Origin: Octopus sinensis
Taxonomy: Eukaryota
Assembly (NCBI RefSeq): GCF_006345805.1
Contig: NC_042997.1
Location: 64,790,001-64,854,000 of the forward strand
Direction of reading: 5' to 3'
DNA length: 64,000 nt
Shown: positions 30,010-45,175 of the stretch, piece by piece
How positions within the stretch are numbered: position 1 is the first letter of the stretch
Layout: each line of letters opens with the position of its first letter
The notes under the pieces: model-generated
Databases searched by the model: none
The model's input: the letters and a program-made list of their open reading frames with translations, nothing else
What the model was told of the DNA's origin: nothing
Translations under genes and position numbers: made by a program

Positions 30010-33000
30010 ATATATATATATGCAAGTGATTCTAGTGAGTGAAATGCAGTTTCCATATTGATTCTACCTGCTTTCTCATATATTGAAATGATTCATCTAG
30101 AATAACGAATTCTAAGAGTTCTACTAAGTGAATACGAAAAGATTACTTTCCTTCGGCACTTGGATTTGAAAAACACGAATAACGTAACGAGTGAAACAAT
30201 GCAAAATTGTACAATGGTACTTTGAATGGCTTTCTGATTTTAATTACTAAGACAATGTTCTTAAGGTAGTTATTTAAGAAGCGTAATGGTGTTTACATGA
30301 AATTTAGATTGAAAATATCATGAATACCATACATTCCTTGAATTTTAATTTGGGATAAATTTATAACCAATGCAATATCGTCTCACTAACAGTTTCTTAA
30401 ACAAACAGCCAACGCTTTTCATTTTAATTAACCTCCGTTAGAATTTAATTGTCCAATACACTTAAAATTGGTAAACTATTCCTCACAATTTAGCTGTTAC
30501 TACGACAATTGGAGTAATATCATGTACCAAACTAAAGTATGGCTATTAAGATCAGTGAAAACAATGAATAATATTTGTATTGCCTGTATAATCAAATATC
30601 CCGATTTAGATTCAGCAAAACATAAAGAAAGGATTTACCTGGAATTAAATAATATGTGTATGCATATTCTAAAGAAATTGCGATTACACAGCTTGTCATT
30701 ATTAATAGAATTTATATGACAATATATTAATAGGATTTAACTTTGAGGATAATTTAGAATACAATACTGTAAATTGAAATGGAGCATGAGAATATCAGTG
30801 AACGCTGATGAATCGAATTCTGCACCAAAGTATTCCCGCAAAAGTATAGCTGAAGCTTGTTCATGATAAATTAAAATTCTCTGTGAACATATGAAAAACC
30901 TCTCATAACACCAGAGGCTTCAAAAGAAATTCCTGGGGAAGTAAATGAGTTTGTAAAATACAATTCCATCCTAGACACCTAAAATAAATATTTCTGCACA
31001 CAGATCAGGAACACGAGGTGACTGTTACCACAAATACTAAGAAAATAGATACAAATAAAAATAGATATAAAAGATGCTACTAAAAAAGCAGTAAAAACAA
31101 ATTCTGATACAAATATTCACATACGCACAATCAACGATTTTGAGTTAGATCATAATTGGTTAAATCGTTACAGACGTTTAACAAATTGTCCTGTGAATGG
31201 GAGAGAGATGAAAGTGTCTATCTGAAAAGATTTAAATATACTTAAACGTAGATAAGTAAAGAAGATAAAGCGCAAATTTTTACTATTTCTGCAAATCATT
31301 GTCCTCTAATATATATTTGCAGTGTCATTATACTTAAAGATATCAGATTATTTGTACAGATATCAAGATATTAATTTACTATATTTAAATTTATTGCCTA
31401 TGGAATAAATTCCACAGGAAATACAATTTATCTTTAATCCTTGTTCTGTTCAGTAGTATACCATCTCTGCCACAGAGCCATACAGGTAAATGAAGTTTCG
31501 AAATATTCCATTACAGAACAAGTTTGCTAAATCGAACACAAGGCTATAAATACACTGGATGAAAAATGACATGCATATTTATCAAAACAATAGAGACCAA
31601 GAGTAATCATGTCACCATGAATTTTAGACTGAAAGCATTCGAAAGACCATAATTCGAACAAATATTTTTTTGTATTTTATTTAACTTAATGATTATTGCT
31701 AATGTAGTAAATAGCCTCAATGCCATAGTATTTTATAAAAGTTGTCAATTTTATCGACTGTAGTATACTTAATGATGTATATTTAATTGATCTGAAAGGA
31801 TGGAAATCAAATAAAACAGCGGTAGGTTTACACTAAAGAACTCATACATAGGAAACTGTAATGAGAGTTTTAGTTCAGTCAAGAACAGTTTCAATCACTC
31901 ACAAAGCGCTCTGCTGGAAGTATTTTCGAAAAGAGAAAATTTTGGAGATTTTAAGATAGTGAAATAGTCTGTCTCACGAATCCAGGCATTTTACTTCCGT
32001 GATATTGATATGAACTTTATCCGCCATGGGACACTCTATGTGCATGGAATATAAAGATACTGATATTACTAGTTGCGAAAGTCACGCGGGTAATATACAC
32101 CTTAATTATCTTTTTCAGATGTATATTATTTCAACATCTTTATTAAATTTCAATTTCAGTGTATTTTCTTTTCTGCATTTCTTCTTTCATTCTTTCATAT
32201 TCTGGTGAAGCATCATCAAATATGTGCTTGAATATATCACATTTTTTAGCAATATATTCAACATTTCCTTTGTTAACATGTACTCTCACCATTACCAAGA
32301 TATTTTGTAGTGTGATGCATGCCGACTTCATTCTAGAAATGATAAGCTGTTAAATAGAGAGCGGTGAATGAGAAACGATAAGGAGGGAGAAATTTATCGA
32401 CAAAGTGAAAATAAGGATATGTGGCGAATATATCATTGCTAGCTAAACTCGTTGAATTGTTTCAGTATTGACGTGTTATCTGTTAATCGACATTTGCGAT
32501 GTTGAGTCATATCATCTCACACATGAGCAGAGTACAGTTAACGCTTTTTTAAATGTCCACGTCTGTTTGCACATAAGCACATTTTATGACTGATTTTCAT
32601 TTGTTAAGAATGTTATCTGAGTGTGAACTGTAGAGTTATGGGGAAAAAGATAGACACACGGTTGGTTGAGTCTAAAGCAGTTACAAATATAATCAGAATG
32701 TATATTACTGAGCATATCTCCATTCTCCATTCCAGCTGGCAGAGTCGCAAGGTTTTATTCTATACAAAGGTATCTTTCTAATATTGATTTCTTTTTTTAT
32801 AAAGTGACCATAGTAATAGCATGCAGCCTGAAGCCGAATAAACTTGAACATTAATCACACAGCCCTCATACTCACCCACACAGATATCGTTCTGTAGAAT
32901 GTTAGCGTGTATATATGTTTGTATGTGTTAGGAAGTATAAAGATGACAGCCAGTTCCAGATTTCTGCCAATCAGGCTGTGTTAGATGAATGTATGATTTG

Positions 33001-33329
33001 CCAAGAAGGAATGAAATTGCAACAAATAGTTGATAGTTGTCGCGTATGAAGTAAGTTTATCAATATAGGATAACACAAAGACGTAACATATATATTCCCG
33101 AAGTGAAGTTACACTCAGTATATGGTGAACTGAAGAATAAATATTGGCTTCAAATTTTAGTACAAGGCCAGCAACTGAAGACTACATGTTGAAAAGAAAA
33201 AAACGTATATGTTGATCGTTATGTGCTTCATGGCGAGAATGTTTGAGGAGGAGTTTAGTATACGTATTTTATTTGAATTATTCTGAAATTTGAAAAAAGG
33301 GTTTGATATGGATGTATATTACTGAGAGT

Positions 33330-33719
33330 GGAGGCACAATGGCCCAGTGGTTAGGGCAGCGTACTCGCGGTCGGAGGATCGCGGTTTCGATTCCCAGACC
33401 GGGCATTGTGAGTGTTTATTGAGCGAAAACACCTAAAGCTCCACGAGTCTCCGGCAGGGGGTGGTGGTGAACCCTGCTGTACTCTTTCACCACAACTTTC
33501 TCTCGCTCTTTCTTCCTGTTTCTCTTGTACCTGTATTTCAAAGGGCCAGCCTTGTCACATTCTGTGTGTCACGCTGAATCTCCTCGAGAACTACGTTAAG
33601 GGTACACGTGTCTGTGGAGTGCTCAGCCACTTGCACGTTAATATCACGAGCAAGCTGTTCCGTTGATCGTATCAGCTGGGACCCTCATCGTCGCAACCTA
33701 CGGAGTGCTCCTTTTTTTT
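33330..33719 (+). mobile_element. Near full-length tRNA-derived SINE
   Basis: A box tggcccagtgg, B box gtttcgattcc, about 390-bp body, oligo-T end; inverse copy at 53590-53965. Confidence 0.85.
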
Positions 33720-36117
33720 ATTACAGAGATAAACTGAGAAATTATTGGTGCAATATTGACTTAACTTAAAGCACTTAATTTCATTCATAATTGCGTAAAA
33801 TATTAGCAGTATAATATTCTTAAAATATATGATGTGCTTTAACATAAGAATACTTTAAAATTTGTTTTATAATATATATTTAACGTAAATAAATTTAAAT
33901 TGCATAATCAAATACAAAATGAATGCGCATAATGGTAAAGCATTAATATTCATTCATTTTTAACATATCAATGAAAAATAAATTACATTGATATGAAAAA
34001 ACGATAAGATTTTTTTTCAACCTCATATAATTTTTCTGGAACAGTTATAAACTCTGATCTCTTGAAAAATGTATCAGTCATACTACTGAAATTGTAATAA
34101 TAGAAACATGAATAATTTTTACTTGAAGGGAATTGTAAAATCAATGAAATAGTCTGTTATGCTACGGTAAACAGAAACTCGAACTCTATAGATCTACCCA
34201 CTGATTAGCCAATCACACTTAATTAGCTTTACAAGCCAGAGTGGGACATGCAGTATGTCACTCTCAACCATATCTGATACAATATATATGTTGGAAGAGG
34301 TGCACACCTAAACGTTCCCTACTTTATTTCATATCTCCTTCTTTCACCAAGTTTCTCTCTTACACTGTCTACATATGAAGATTTTGCTATCTTGTGTTTC
34401 TTATCAGTCGCAACTAGGTACTCATACTCGATTGTGTTTCTGTAATTGCACTCATGTCAACTTTTTGCGACGAAAACCTCTGTCCGATTCGTTTGAATTT
34501 TCACTCCCCACATCAATTTTAAAATAGTTCCTTTGTTGATTTTTCTATGTATGTAATGTATTTAAACATGCGTTCTCAGTACAGAAGGAAAATGTTTATT
34601 TGAAGATCAGTGACTTTTTTTGTACATCCCTATATAACTTACATTATATTTGACCGGGGACAAAAATCCTATTTCCTTTTAGATACAGATATTTAGGTAT
34701 TACGCGCATTTTTGCGTTCTCATTTTCCACTTTCATAATATTCGCTGAACATAATACATTAAGTGTTTTCCATATGCAATGCCATTAAGTTTTTATCTTA
34801 AATTTCACGTCCCTCCCAATATGATTGATTTCATGCCAATATATTGTTAACTTACTCATGCTTGTCTTCTAGAAGTCACTGCTCATAAATTGCTCATACA
34901 TTATTTTAATATTAATAATCTGAAAGAAAATATGCAGCTTTTTTTTTATTTTTCTTAAATTAATATTCCTAATGTTTCTCTATTTAAAAATTTAACTTAG
35001 TCTATTTGGTATGAATATCCATATATTGTTTAGAAAATAGCGCGTTTAAGATAAGGTTTATTTTCATAATATTCACGCATTATATATCCTATACATACAG
35101 AAAAGCATATATCTATTTCACACCTGTTTATATATATATATATATATATAAATACGTGTACAAATCTGATATAAAGCAGGGATGGAACATGTGCATGTTT
35201 TACTTATATTGAAATGATGTTACTCCTTTCAGCTGTATGGTCAAATTTGGGTTTATACTCGCATGCTCAAAATCAAAGTAGCATCGTATAAGAGAGTTAT
35301 TAAATTAAGATAACTGCATTAGGTCTATTTATTGAACTATCGTGTTTAAGTAATATATTATGTTAATGGATTGAAGTTCGTTTCTTTTTAGATTAGGTAT
35401 TCCAGTACTTCACATATATTTAACACAGAACTGACACCGCTATGTAATTTGTAGATTTGCACATGGGTTTGGGTCATATCTTTTAACATATATTATAATT
35501 TGTATTTTATATTTTGTGAGTATGGCAAAAGGTTTCCTCTCACTGTTAGAGTTTAGAAGCAAGAAAGATGAATATGGTTTTAATACTGATCTTACTTATT
35601 GCACTACAAAACAAACTATAATAACTTTAGTCGTCTTGGTTAGTTCATGATCATCTCAACCTATTGTATAAGAAATCTTGTGCAACCAGCATCAGGCTTA
35701 GATAAGTCTTAAATTATTTTGCGGACCATTTAAACATACCCTGCCTATATTGTTCTGCATTTATGATGCCTTAAAAGTAATATAAGAAATAACACACATG
35801 TCGCGAAGACTTACAAAGTTGATATATTCTACACGTACTCACACACACAAATGTACGAGTAGTTATAAATATATTATTTGGATATATTAATGCTTATTTT
35901 TTGTATAGTTATACCACAAGCAATTCACATATTAAGTGAAGTATGAATCAAGATATTTTTGTACGCTATCAATATTTTATGTTCCAGGGAAATATTGGCC
36001 GTGAGTAAGTGTTGCAATTTGGTGGGTTTCGTCTGACTGTAAAAGTCTTCTTTTTCTACAAGCTGCCTATGGTTCGGTTCATCCTATGATTGGGGTATTA
36101 AGATTTGTACTAGTGGC

Positions 36118-37035
36118 GGCTGGCCAAAATGTTCTAATGGAATATGACCATATGAGGTTTATTTTTTCAGCATAAACCCCTTGCGGTCTAAACACTTCTT
36201 CCGTCAGTATTTTAGTGGTTGGATCCCAATCGTGGAGAAGCTTTCATCCAGTTGGTCAAAAATGTATTCAGCAGCAAATATGACGTCATCAACCCCCGAA
36301 AATATTCTAAGCCAAGTGTTTTTTCATGTTGGGGAACGGATGATAGAGAGACGAGGACAAGCCAAGGGAATAAGGAGGTTGATCAACGAGTTAAAAGCCA
36401 CTGTCATGCACAACAACCGTTGAAACCAACTACTTGTGTGCTGGAGTACGGTCATCAGTTTCCCTGGAATTTGGAGTGACCAGCCTGGTGTGCTTTTGAA
36501 CATGCGTCAGAAGACATGGCATCCACCGAGCAGGAACCTTCGACATACCATGTAAGGGAATTGAAAATGCTAATAGCATTTGCTATTTAATTTTCAGTCA
36601 ATCACCTGTCATCCATGACCATGTGGTGAACACGATCAGTGTTTTCCTCGGTATTTGTAGTTGCAGGACCTCCAGACCTTGAGTCATCTTCAACACTCTT
36701 CCATCCCCGCCTAAATTTAGCTGAGCACTGTTGCACTGTTCATAAAACTGGAATGTCATAACTTAATGTAGCAACTATGTCAGCATGAATATCGTTGTTA
36801 GCTAAAAATCATTTTCTGCAGATACTCCTTATCACCTCGATACCAAATATTTCCCATTTTCAAGGGAGTCGTTAATAGTCACATTTGAAGTCTTCTTTGA
36901 ACAGTGAGATATCAGTTTACCTGGACAGACATAGTGTAGTTATTAATAAGAAGGGTTAAGATTAATGCATGCAAGATTGTAAAAGTTTAGCGTTATAGTT
37001 TCATTGTCAGCCAATGAACTTTTCAGCCCACTCGT
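36118..37035 (-). mobile_element. Internally deleted mariner transposon relic
   Basis: Minus strand from ATG at 36857: ...DIHADIVATL...KFRRGWKSVEDDSRSGGP (HTH/GRP region); C-terminus ...KKCLDRKGFYAEK. Confidence 0.8.
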
Positions 37036-38429
37036 AGGTGTCGTTTACAATAGTAAAAGTTTGCTTGGTTATATTCTATTAAATATTAGTTTAGGTAAGT
37101 GAATAGAACTTGTGGAGGATAAAACATGTGATGATAAAAATAGGAAATATGTATGGAACGCTTTGGGAATACCTATTTATCTTTGTAATCATTTATATGA
37201 TAGGCTCATATGATTTAAGAAAACATCATTTCGCTTGGTGTTGAATACAGACGTGAATGTTATTTTTAATAACGTAATCGGTGATTCTCTCAAACTTACC
37301 GGAAGATAAATTGGCTGAAATAAAAAGTCTCATTGTTTAACTTTCTCAACTACTTCAGATAATCCATTGGCTAACAAAGCAATAACAATCTAACTGATAT
37401 AATATTCTTTGAACACATGGATGGGTATTATAGATATGTTATAACTCAATCATTAAAAACATGAGAAAGAAATAATACAACCTAAAGAATAGTATTTCTA
37501 TAAGGCTTATCAATGTGGTTTACGTATATTTTCCATTTCAAATTAAAACACACACAACTTATATTGTTGTATCCGCAAGAGAGAAATTTGCGAGACAGGT
37601 TAATTGAGGGGCACAATGCGAAAATCCAGCAGAGTGCAGCAACGCAGATATCAACACACAGCGCAATATAAAATGTGAATATTAAAGCAAAACATAAATG
37701 CTATCTAAATGTCAATTCATAAAGCAATACATGACAAACATTAATAACAAAATCATAAATCTCTGATGGCTGAAAGGAAATTGAAGAAATGAATAATACT
37801 TCAGACCCGGTAGAAATGTTACCTTAAACAATAGAACAAGATCATTCTTCAGTTCTATATTTGTTCTATTCTTCAGTTCTATAATGAAGAGCATTCTTCA
37901 TTCTTATAGTATCACTATAATAATATGCAGACAAATATTTCACCCAGTTAATCAGCTAATGAACAAGGAGGAGGCTAGAAACTTCGATTTACCTCTGACT
38001 GTGAAGGATTATAAAAGTGACTGAGAAGAATCAATAATCCATGAGAGTATATCTAAAACTCATTAGTAAACTGATCAATGTATATACACGGACATATTTA
38101 TAGAGAAAGAAAATTTAGTTTTTATATACATATAATCATACACTCACATTCATAAAAAATATGTCAATATTTATATATGTGTGTGTGAATGTGTATGTAT
38201 GCCTCTGTGTGTATGTATGTACATATATATATGTGTATATTGATATATATGCATATGTATATTCACAGATATATTGATGCATACATACACACACACACAA
38301 TGTATATACAACGCGCATCCCAGAAAGTTTGAGCGTTTTCAGGAGAGGCAATAGTATCTGACCCAGATAACTGTAATTAATATATATTAATCTGACATAC
38401 CACCTTGTTTTATTTTTATATACCAGAGT

Positions 38430-39145
38430 AAAGAACAGCGTAACAATATTTCAAACTCATATTACTAATCACAGCTAACTAGTTTACAGAATACAGTCGA
38501 GAATTTTGCAAGTTCGCTATGCCGAAAAATTTGTTTTAAACTGGATAAAAACGCTACAGAAACTTATGGAATGCTCCAGATCGCTTATGTATTAACTTTT
38601 GTCTAGTACAAGAAGTTCAAGGGCTGTAGACAGAACGTGACAGACAATGACAGGCGTAGGAGGAAGAGAAATGTCAGAATATCAGAGCTGGATGAGAAAA
38701 TTCGCAATTTTCAAGCCGAACAAAGCTGTATGCTCATAAAATAATATGCATTTGGTTTGACTTTGGTGTTTCAACTATAGACATAATTATTCACGTAGAT
38801 GTGAGCATGCGCAAAATTTAAGCAGTGTGCGTTCTGTTACGACGAGCATTCTGGTAACCAACTGCATGCAAGAGGAAGGGATCATAACTGTTCCTCACAT
38901 ACCCTAAAGTCAAGACCTTGCTGCTTCTTCTCCAAGATGAAGGAGAACCTTAGGTGCAGCGGATTTGAAGATGAAAGAGGCCGTGACAAGGGTGCAATTT
39001 ACTTTCACAGTGAATAAATACAAATAGGCCTTCAGGTGAAGTAGGTTACAGTCAAGTTTTCTTACGGTTAATGAGAATAGGGTTTTGGACTTCTTTGAAA
39101 TTAACAAATATCACACGTAAAACAAATCCGAAAATTTCTGGAATG
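38430..39145 (+). mobile_element. Highly decayed mariner relic
   Basis: CFKLDKNATETYGMLQIAY (N-terminal HTH) and an HPPYSPDLAP-like remnant (HIP*SQDLAA) near 38900. Confidence 0.65.
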
Positions 39146-39339
39146 CACACACAAACACACACAAACACACACACACACACCACACACACACACACAAACA
39201 CACACACACTCACACATATATATATAATGATATATACATTATATATACATATGCTATATATATGGAAATATATTATATATATATATAGATATATATACAC
39301 ATGCATATATACACACACACGTACACACACATATATGTA

Positions 39340-39385
<46 letters not shown>

Positions 39386-39391
39386 ATATAT

Positions 39392-40215
39392 ACAAGAGGT
39401 GTGTTCATTAAAGATCTCCACTGACCCACTTCTGGTTATTGCAGGATCACGAACTTGTATAGGTGTAATTATACCTGTGTCTTCATGTCACATTGTAAAT
39501 TGCAGCTTTCCACTTGTATGCTTTTGTCTTTTACAGCTGCTGAAGTAGACTAATGTGTTATAATGGAAGCAGTTGAATACAGATCAATGCTCAAGTTCTT
39601 ATACTTCAAAGCTCGTACACCAAAAGAGACTTTCGATGAGATGAAAGAAATTGATGGAGACAGTGCACGGTAATATGCTGTATCAAACCCATTCATCACC
39701 AATTGACATGTGGTCGGATGTCGCTGGAAATTGCCCTGATTGCTGAATGACCACATTCCGCTATTGATGATGGCATTATCTATAAAGTGGACGCTGCCAT
39801 TTTGTAGGAATGCCGTATAACTAATCGGCATGTAGTTCAAGAAGTGGGGATAAATGTAAGGTCCTTGGGAAAAATCAATCACAACCATTTGCACACGCGG
39901 ATGTTTTCTGCACGATGGAATCCCCGTGGCTCACAACTTTTCGGTAGCAAGAACGAGTCAATTGCTCCCAGGCACTCTTGATAATGCGTCAAGAAAACTA
40001 GGAGTACATATTCGGCAGACGTATCACACAGGATGAAGCATAGGTCTTTCACTATGATCCTGAAACTAAAGTCCACTCAGAGCAATGGAAACATGATATC
40101 TCATTACCTCCAAAGAAGACTCGTGTCCAACCCTCAGTAGGCAAAGTAATGCTCACAATCTTTTGAGACCAGCGCGGCGTAGTGAGCATGGATTTTCTGC
40201 AGAAATTACTGGGCA
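39392..40215 (+). mobile_element. 3'-truncated mariner (DD34D-type) transposase relic
   Basis: ATG at 39563: MEAVEYRSMLKFLYFKARTPKETFDEMKE; SARWNPR (WVPR-like); ITQDEA*VFHYDPETK...KKTRVQPSVGKVMLTIF*DQRGVV; starts after (TA)n. Confidence 0.85.
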
Positions 40216-40404
40216 CCGAGGTAGACTTGGATCCAGACTCAACCTACCAAACAATTCAGACGAGGTCATTACAACTGCATAAAGTGATGGGAGTAATGTA
40301 TCACCAACGGTGGTGGCTATTTAGAGGACTAATAATTATACCAAGTTTCGTTTATCGTAGTCCTTTTGGAAGTTGGTGAGGGAAAACCTTTAACGCACAC
40401 TCCT

Positions 40405-40490
40405 CGAGAGCGCATGGTCTAACGGTTATGATGTGGTTAACACGATCGTGGGATCCTAGTTTCAATTCCTAGACAGGATGGTGCGTAGGC
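40405..40490 (+). mobile_element. SINE head fragment
   Basis: tggtctaacgg...gtttcaattcc resemble the A/B boxes of the 33330 SINE. Confidence 0.5.
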
Positions 40491-40619
40491 CATCGCTCAC
40501 ACACACACTCTATGTATTAATTGTTTACGTGTCAGAGATGATTATTGTTTATTATTCTGTTGAAGAATAATATTTTTACTTAGTTCAGGCTAAAACATCC
40601 CTTCTTTGTTAACAAGGTG

Positions 40620-40980
40620 TGGGTTATACAATCATACAGAAAGGCAAATCGTGTAGTACTGATGTTTTTTTAATTGCTTGTTCAGCAGTGGTTTGTAATT
40701 TTTATTAAACGAACGTTCCTTCTTAATTCCTGATTACGATAATGTTTGCGCATTATCGAATAGAAACACAAGACATTTGTGAGTTTTCGTTTTTGCAAAT
40801 GTGACGTGATGTTCATTATTTGGAATTGCTGTAGTTTGAGTATCATGTATTTGTTCACAAGGAATATTTAATCTAAAATGAATTTGTTCAATATTGTCTT
40901 CCCTGCATCCATTGCATTTCATAGCATAGATTAAGTGGTTTGAAGAAAGAGTAAAATTGATTTCCACAGTAAAAACTTAG
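40620..40980 (-). pseudogene. PLE GIY-YIG endonuclease fragment
   Basis: ORF 40734-40967: FTLSSNHLIYAMKCNGCREDNIEQ...EQIHD...NEH aligns by eye with the GIY-YIG at 49816-50136. Confidence 0.65.
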
Positions 40981-41899
40981 TCGTGTCCTAAATACGTTTC
41001 TCGCAAGTTCCACATTAACATATGTATGTGTGTATGTATGTATGTATGTATGTATGTATGTATGTATGTATGTATGTATGTATATATATATATATATATA
41101 TATAATGAATCCAAGCAAAAAAGAACAAACATGGAAAGACAAGGCGAGGACGTGGTACTCGTAATGTATTATCAGACACCCATATATATATATAGATACA
41201 AAGAGAGGAAGGGTGAGAGAGATCTGACGCTAAATAACTAGCACGAAGACGCCTTCAATCTTTCTCTAAGCCATACATTTCAGTATAAAGTATCGTACAG
41301 TTTAACATATCATATATTCGACCAATGAGTAAATATAATTATACTATTCACTTGTTTACTGACGAAATATAATCGCCTTAATTTTCTTGTTTACTAAATC
41401 TCCCGTGAAGCTTATTATCGTTTTTACATTATATATATATATCTCAATTTCTAAGAATTATTATTTATTTTATTACTAGCAACGGCGCGTATTTTTCTGA
41501 AAAGTAATTAATCTGACATGATTTCTAATATTACAACAGAACACTTCCGTTGTGTAATGCCAGCTTTTGAAAATATCTGTTGATTAGTTACTAGTTATCT
41601 GAGACCTGTCTATTTAGTTGTAGATGCATCAAAAAATTACGACAGCAACATATACTTTGTTTTTATAACTAATATTCCGTTGTTTATTGAAACATCACGA
41701 GGAATGTTCATGCGGCTACTATATATGACAAAGCAAAGTGTATATTACAACATTTTCGTGTTAGATTTGACGATTTTTATGCCTTTGTCTTTCCTCAAGA
41801 AGTGTTTACAACATTGGTGAATAACCAACTGCATTATGGAGCATAGAAACTAAAGTTATATTCAGTAAAATTACTGACATGGAGGACTGGATGCCACCT

Positions 41900-42600
41900 T
41901 AATATTAGACAAAGTGTTACTTTTATCATTATGATTCGCGACGAGTTTCAAAATTCCGACATGATACCTGCTGCTCAATGCTCGTTAATCTCACTAAATG
42001 CTGTAAGACGTGGCATGGATAACTGCCGCAAAGACTACGAAGAGGTGGCCAGGAGGAAGCGACACATCGGATGTCCAGACTGCGTCTGCACAACGTCTTT
42101 TATCTCCACATATTGAACTCAGCCTTAGACTCAATTTCGACGGATATGTGGAGCTTCTCAAGGCTGTGATCAAACTCTGACTAGAGAGGGTTACTAGTAC
42201 AAGGCCATATTTTTGGCAGCAGGAGAGTTTCTACTAGCTCACCAGCCGCAATTACTGGCGTATGTATTTTCCTAATTGTAATCCTATGGATTAGTGTATC
42301 AAATGCGTTTAAGAAACGCACCAACTGACCTACCTACAACACCATGGCCGAGCGGGTGTACAAGATCAAAGAGTTTTTCGAAGATCTTTCCAGGGTCAGG
42401 GACAAACACACGTCTCAGATTCCGCAGGTTGAGACCGAGATATAAGCCGAAGGCAGTTACTTTCAGCAAACTTGTCTCGTAGATAATTTTGATTTCTGAA
42501 AATACTTTTATTTTGGGATTGCATATATGCTCTTTCTCTTCTTATGCAAACAGTTAAATTTAATCCAGAATGTTAAATCATGAAATTAACTGATTTAACG
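41900..42600 (+). mobile_element. Deleted Tc1/mariner (maT/DD37D-like) relic
   Basis: LRLNFDGYVELLKAVIKL*LERVTSTRPYFWQQE and PNCNPMD (SPDxNPxD-like) remnants. Confidence 0.6.
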
Positions 42601-42630
42601 CTTCAACTCTAGTTAGCGAAACTTATCTAG

Positions 42631-42850
<220 letters not shown>

Positions 42851-43209
42851 ATGTTTCTCGCAAGTTCCACACTAACATAATAACTCCCAAACAAAGAAGA
42901 ACAAATATGAAAAAAACAACACGAGGACGTGGTACAAGTAATGTGTTATCAGACGCCCATATAAGAGAGAAAGTGCTTTGAAAAGAGAAATTACGAGAGA
43001 GACCTGAGGCTAAATGTATTGCATGAAGACACCTTCGATCTTCCGTAGACGCAGAGAGACAGAGGGAAGAGGACATACTGGATGCGTGCACAGCATTATA
43101 GCAGAAGAAAACAATATAGCATGGTATGTAAAAAATGCCACAGTGTTGCTAATATTAGGAGTAGGAAGGTCAGTCTTGTGCAGGATGAAAGATTGCAAAG
43201 ATTAAAGCA

Positions 43210-44051
43210 CTATACAAGAAGTTGAAAACGAATGAAACTGAAAATAGGTGGGTAAAGAAAGGAATGTATGGTCAATTTCATAGGGATGTTGAAGATAAGA
43301 CAGACAGAGAAAAAAATGTCTGTCAATGACTAAAAGTGATTTAAAACAAACTACATAAAATACAGAATAGACAACATATCAGAAAGTGTTAAGTGCAGAA
43401 TCTGTGGACAAAACGGTGAAAGAGTATGGCATATTACCAGCCAATGTACGCCACTAGCCTAGAAGGAATGTAAGAGACGCTACGACAATATAGCTAGGCT
43501 TGTCCATTGGATTCTTTGTCAACTATGGACCTGACAAAGCAAAAAATTGGTACGACCACAAACCTGAAGGCATTGTTGAAAATAGAAATGTAAAGAGTCT
43601 AGGGTATTTTATGATTCAGTGTGACCATGAGATTGAGAGTGGGAAGCCAGACATAGTGTTAATTGAAATAGACAAAACTATGCTGGATCATAGACATAGC
43701 ATGCCTAGATGACAACAAGGTAAGCGATAAGGAAGAATGAAATGTCGCGAGATATGACACTTTAGCTTGATATGACAAGTTAAGCAGTTGTGGTCAATGA
43801 AAAAGGTAGCAGTAGTACGAGTAATTCTCGGAACCCTTGGAACAGTGAGCAAAAATCTCGACAAGTACGTGGAACAAATACGGGCTGCTTAAAGGGTGGA
43901 GCACCTGCAGAAAACAGCATTGCTTGGAACTGCTCGAATATTCTGGAATACTCTCGAAAAATAAGAGGTGTTATCATAGTTTACTGGTAATGAACAGCTG
44001 ACACTGTAGTACATCTCCAGCGTTAGAAGCTGCGCAAAGGCAATAACAATG

Positions 44052-44110
<59 letters not shown>
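43210..44110 (+). pseudogene. 3' part of R4/Dong-like LINE: CCHC knuckle, RLE, (AAT)n tail
   Basis: MYGQFHR, KCRICGQNGERVWHITSQC (CCHC), WYDHKPE, KPDIVLI...IIDIA (PD..D nuclease), LQKTALLGTARI, then (AAT)n. Confidence 0.88.
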
Positions 44111-44113
<3 letters not shown>

Positions 44114-44139
44114 CACAGACACACAAATACAGACACACA

Positions 44140-44217
<78 letters not shown>

Positions 44218-44224
44218 TATATAC

Positions 44225-44729
<505 letters not shown>

Positions 44730-44799
44730 ACAACTTAATAAATAAAACATATGCATACATACATATATGTACATACCTACATCTATACGTGTATATACA

Positions 44800-45103
44800 T
44801 GCATATGTGAGTACAGGACACCACAAATAAACGTAGAACACAACAAGAAACGAAAACATAAAATCAAACAAGGAAACGGACTTTTTTTAACAACGAAAAC
44901 AAAAGTACAAGACAAACAATACAAGGAATATTCCCCTTCATCAGCTGCCCCTGTTTCGACTCAAGGCATGTTTCGAAGGTAATATATACTTGGAAATGGC
45001 TGCGTGGCGTTCAATCAATCAATGATAATAAATTATATGTATATAGATAAAACTACCCTGGAAGAGGATGCATGGCGCCAATCATATAATAATATGAATA
45101 ATA

Positions 45104-45175
<72 letters not shown>

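Noticed and set aside
30805-30830. CTGATGA motif
   Set aside because: No stem II or GAAA follows; chance match.
33330-33405. tRNA gene
   Set aside because: A/B boxes continue into a 390-bp body repeated at 53590-53965; it is a SINE head.
44925-44980. CTGATGA on the minus strand with upstream GAAA (possible type II hammerhead); related motifs near 45355, 45770 and 46850
   Set aside because: Could not form stems I and III around the core; left as an unclassified repeat.
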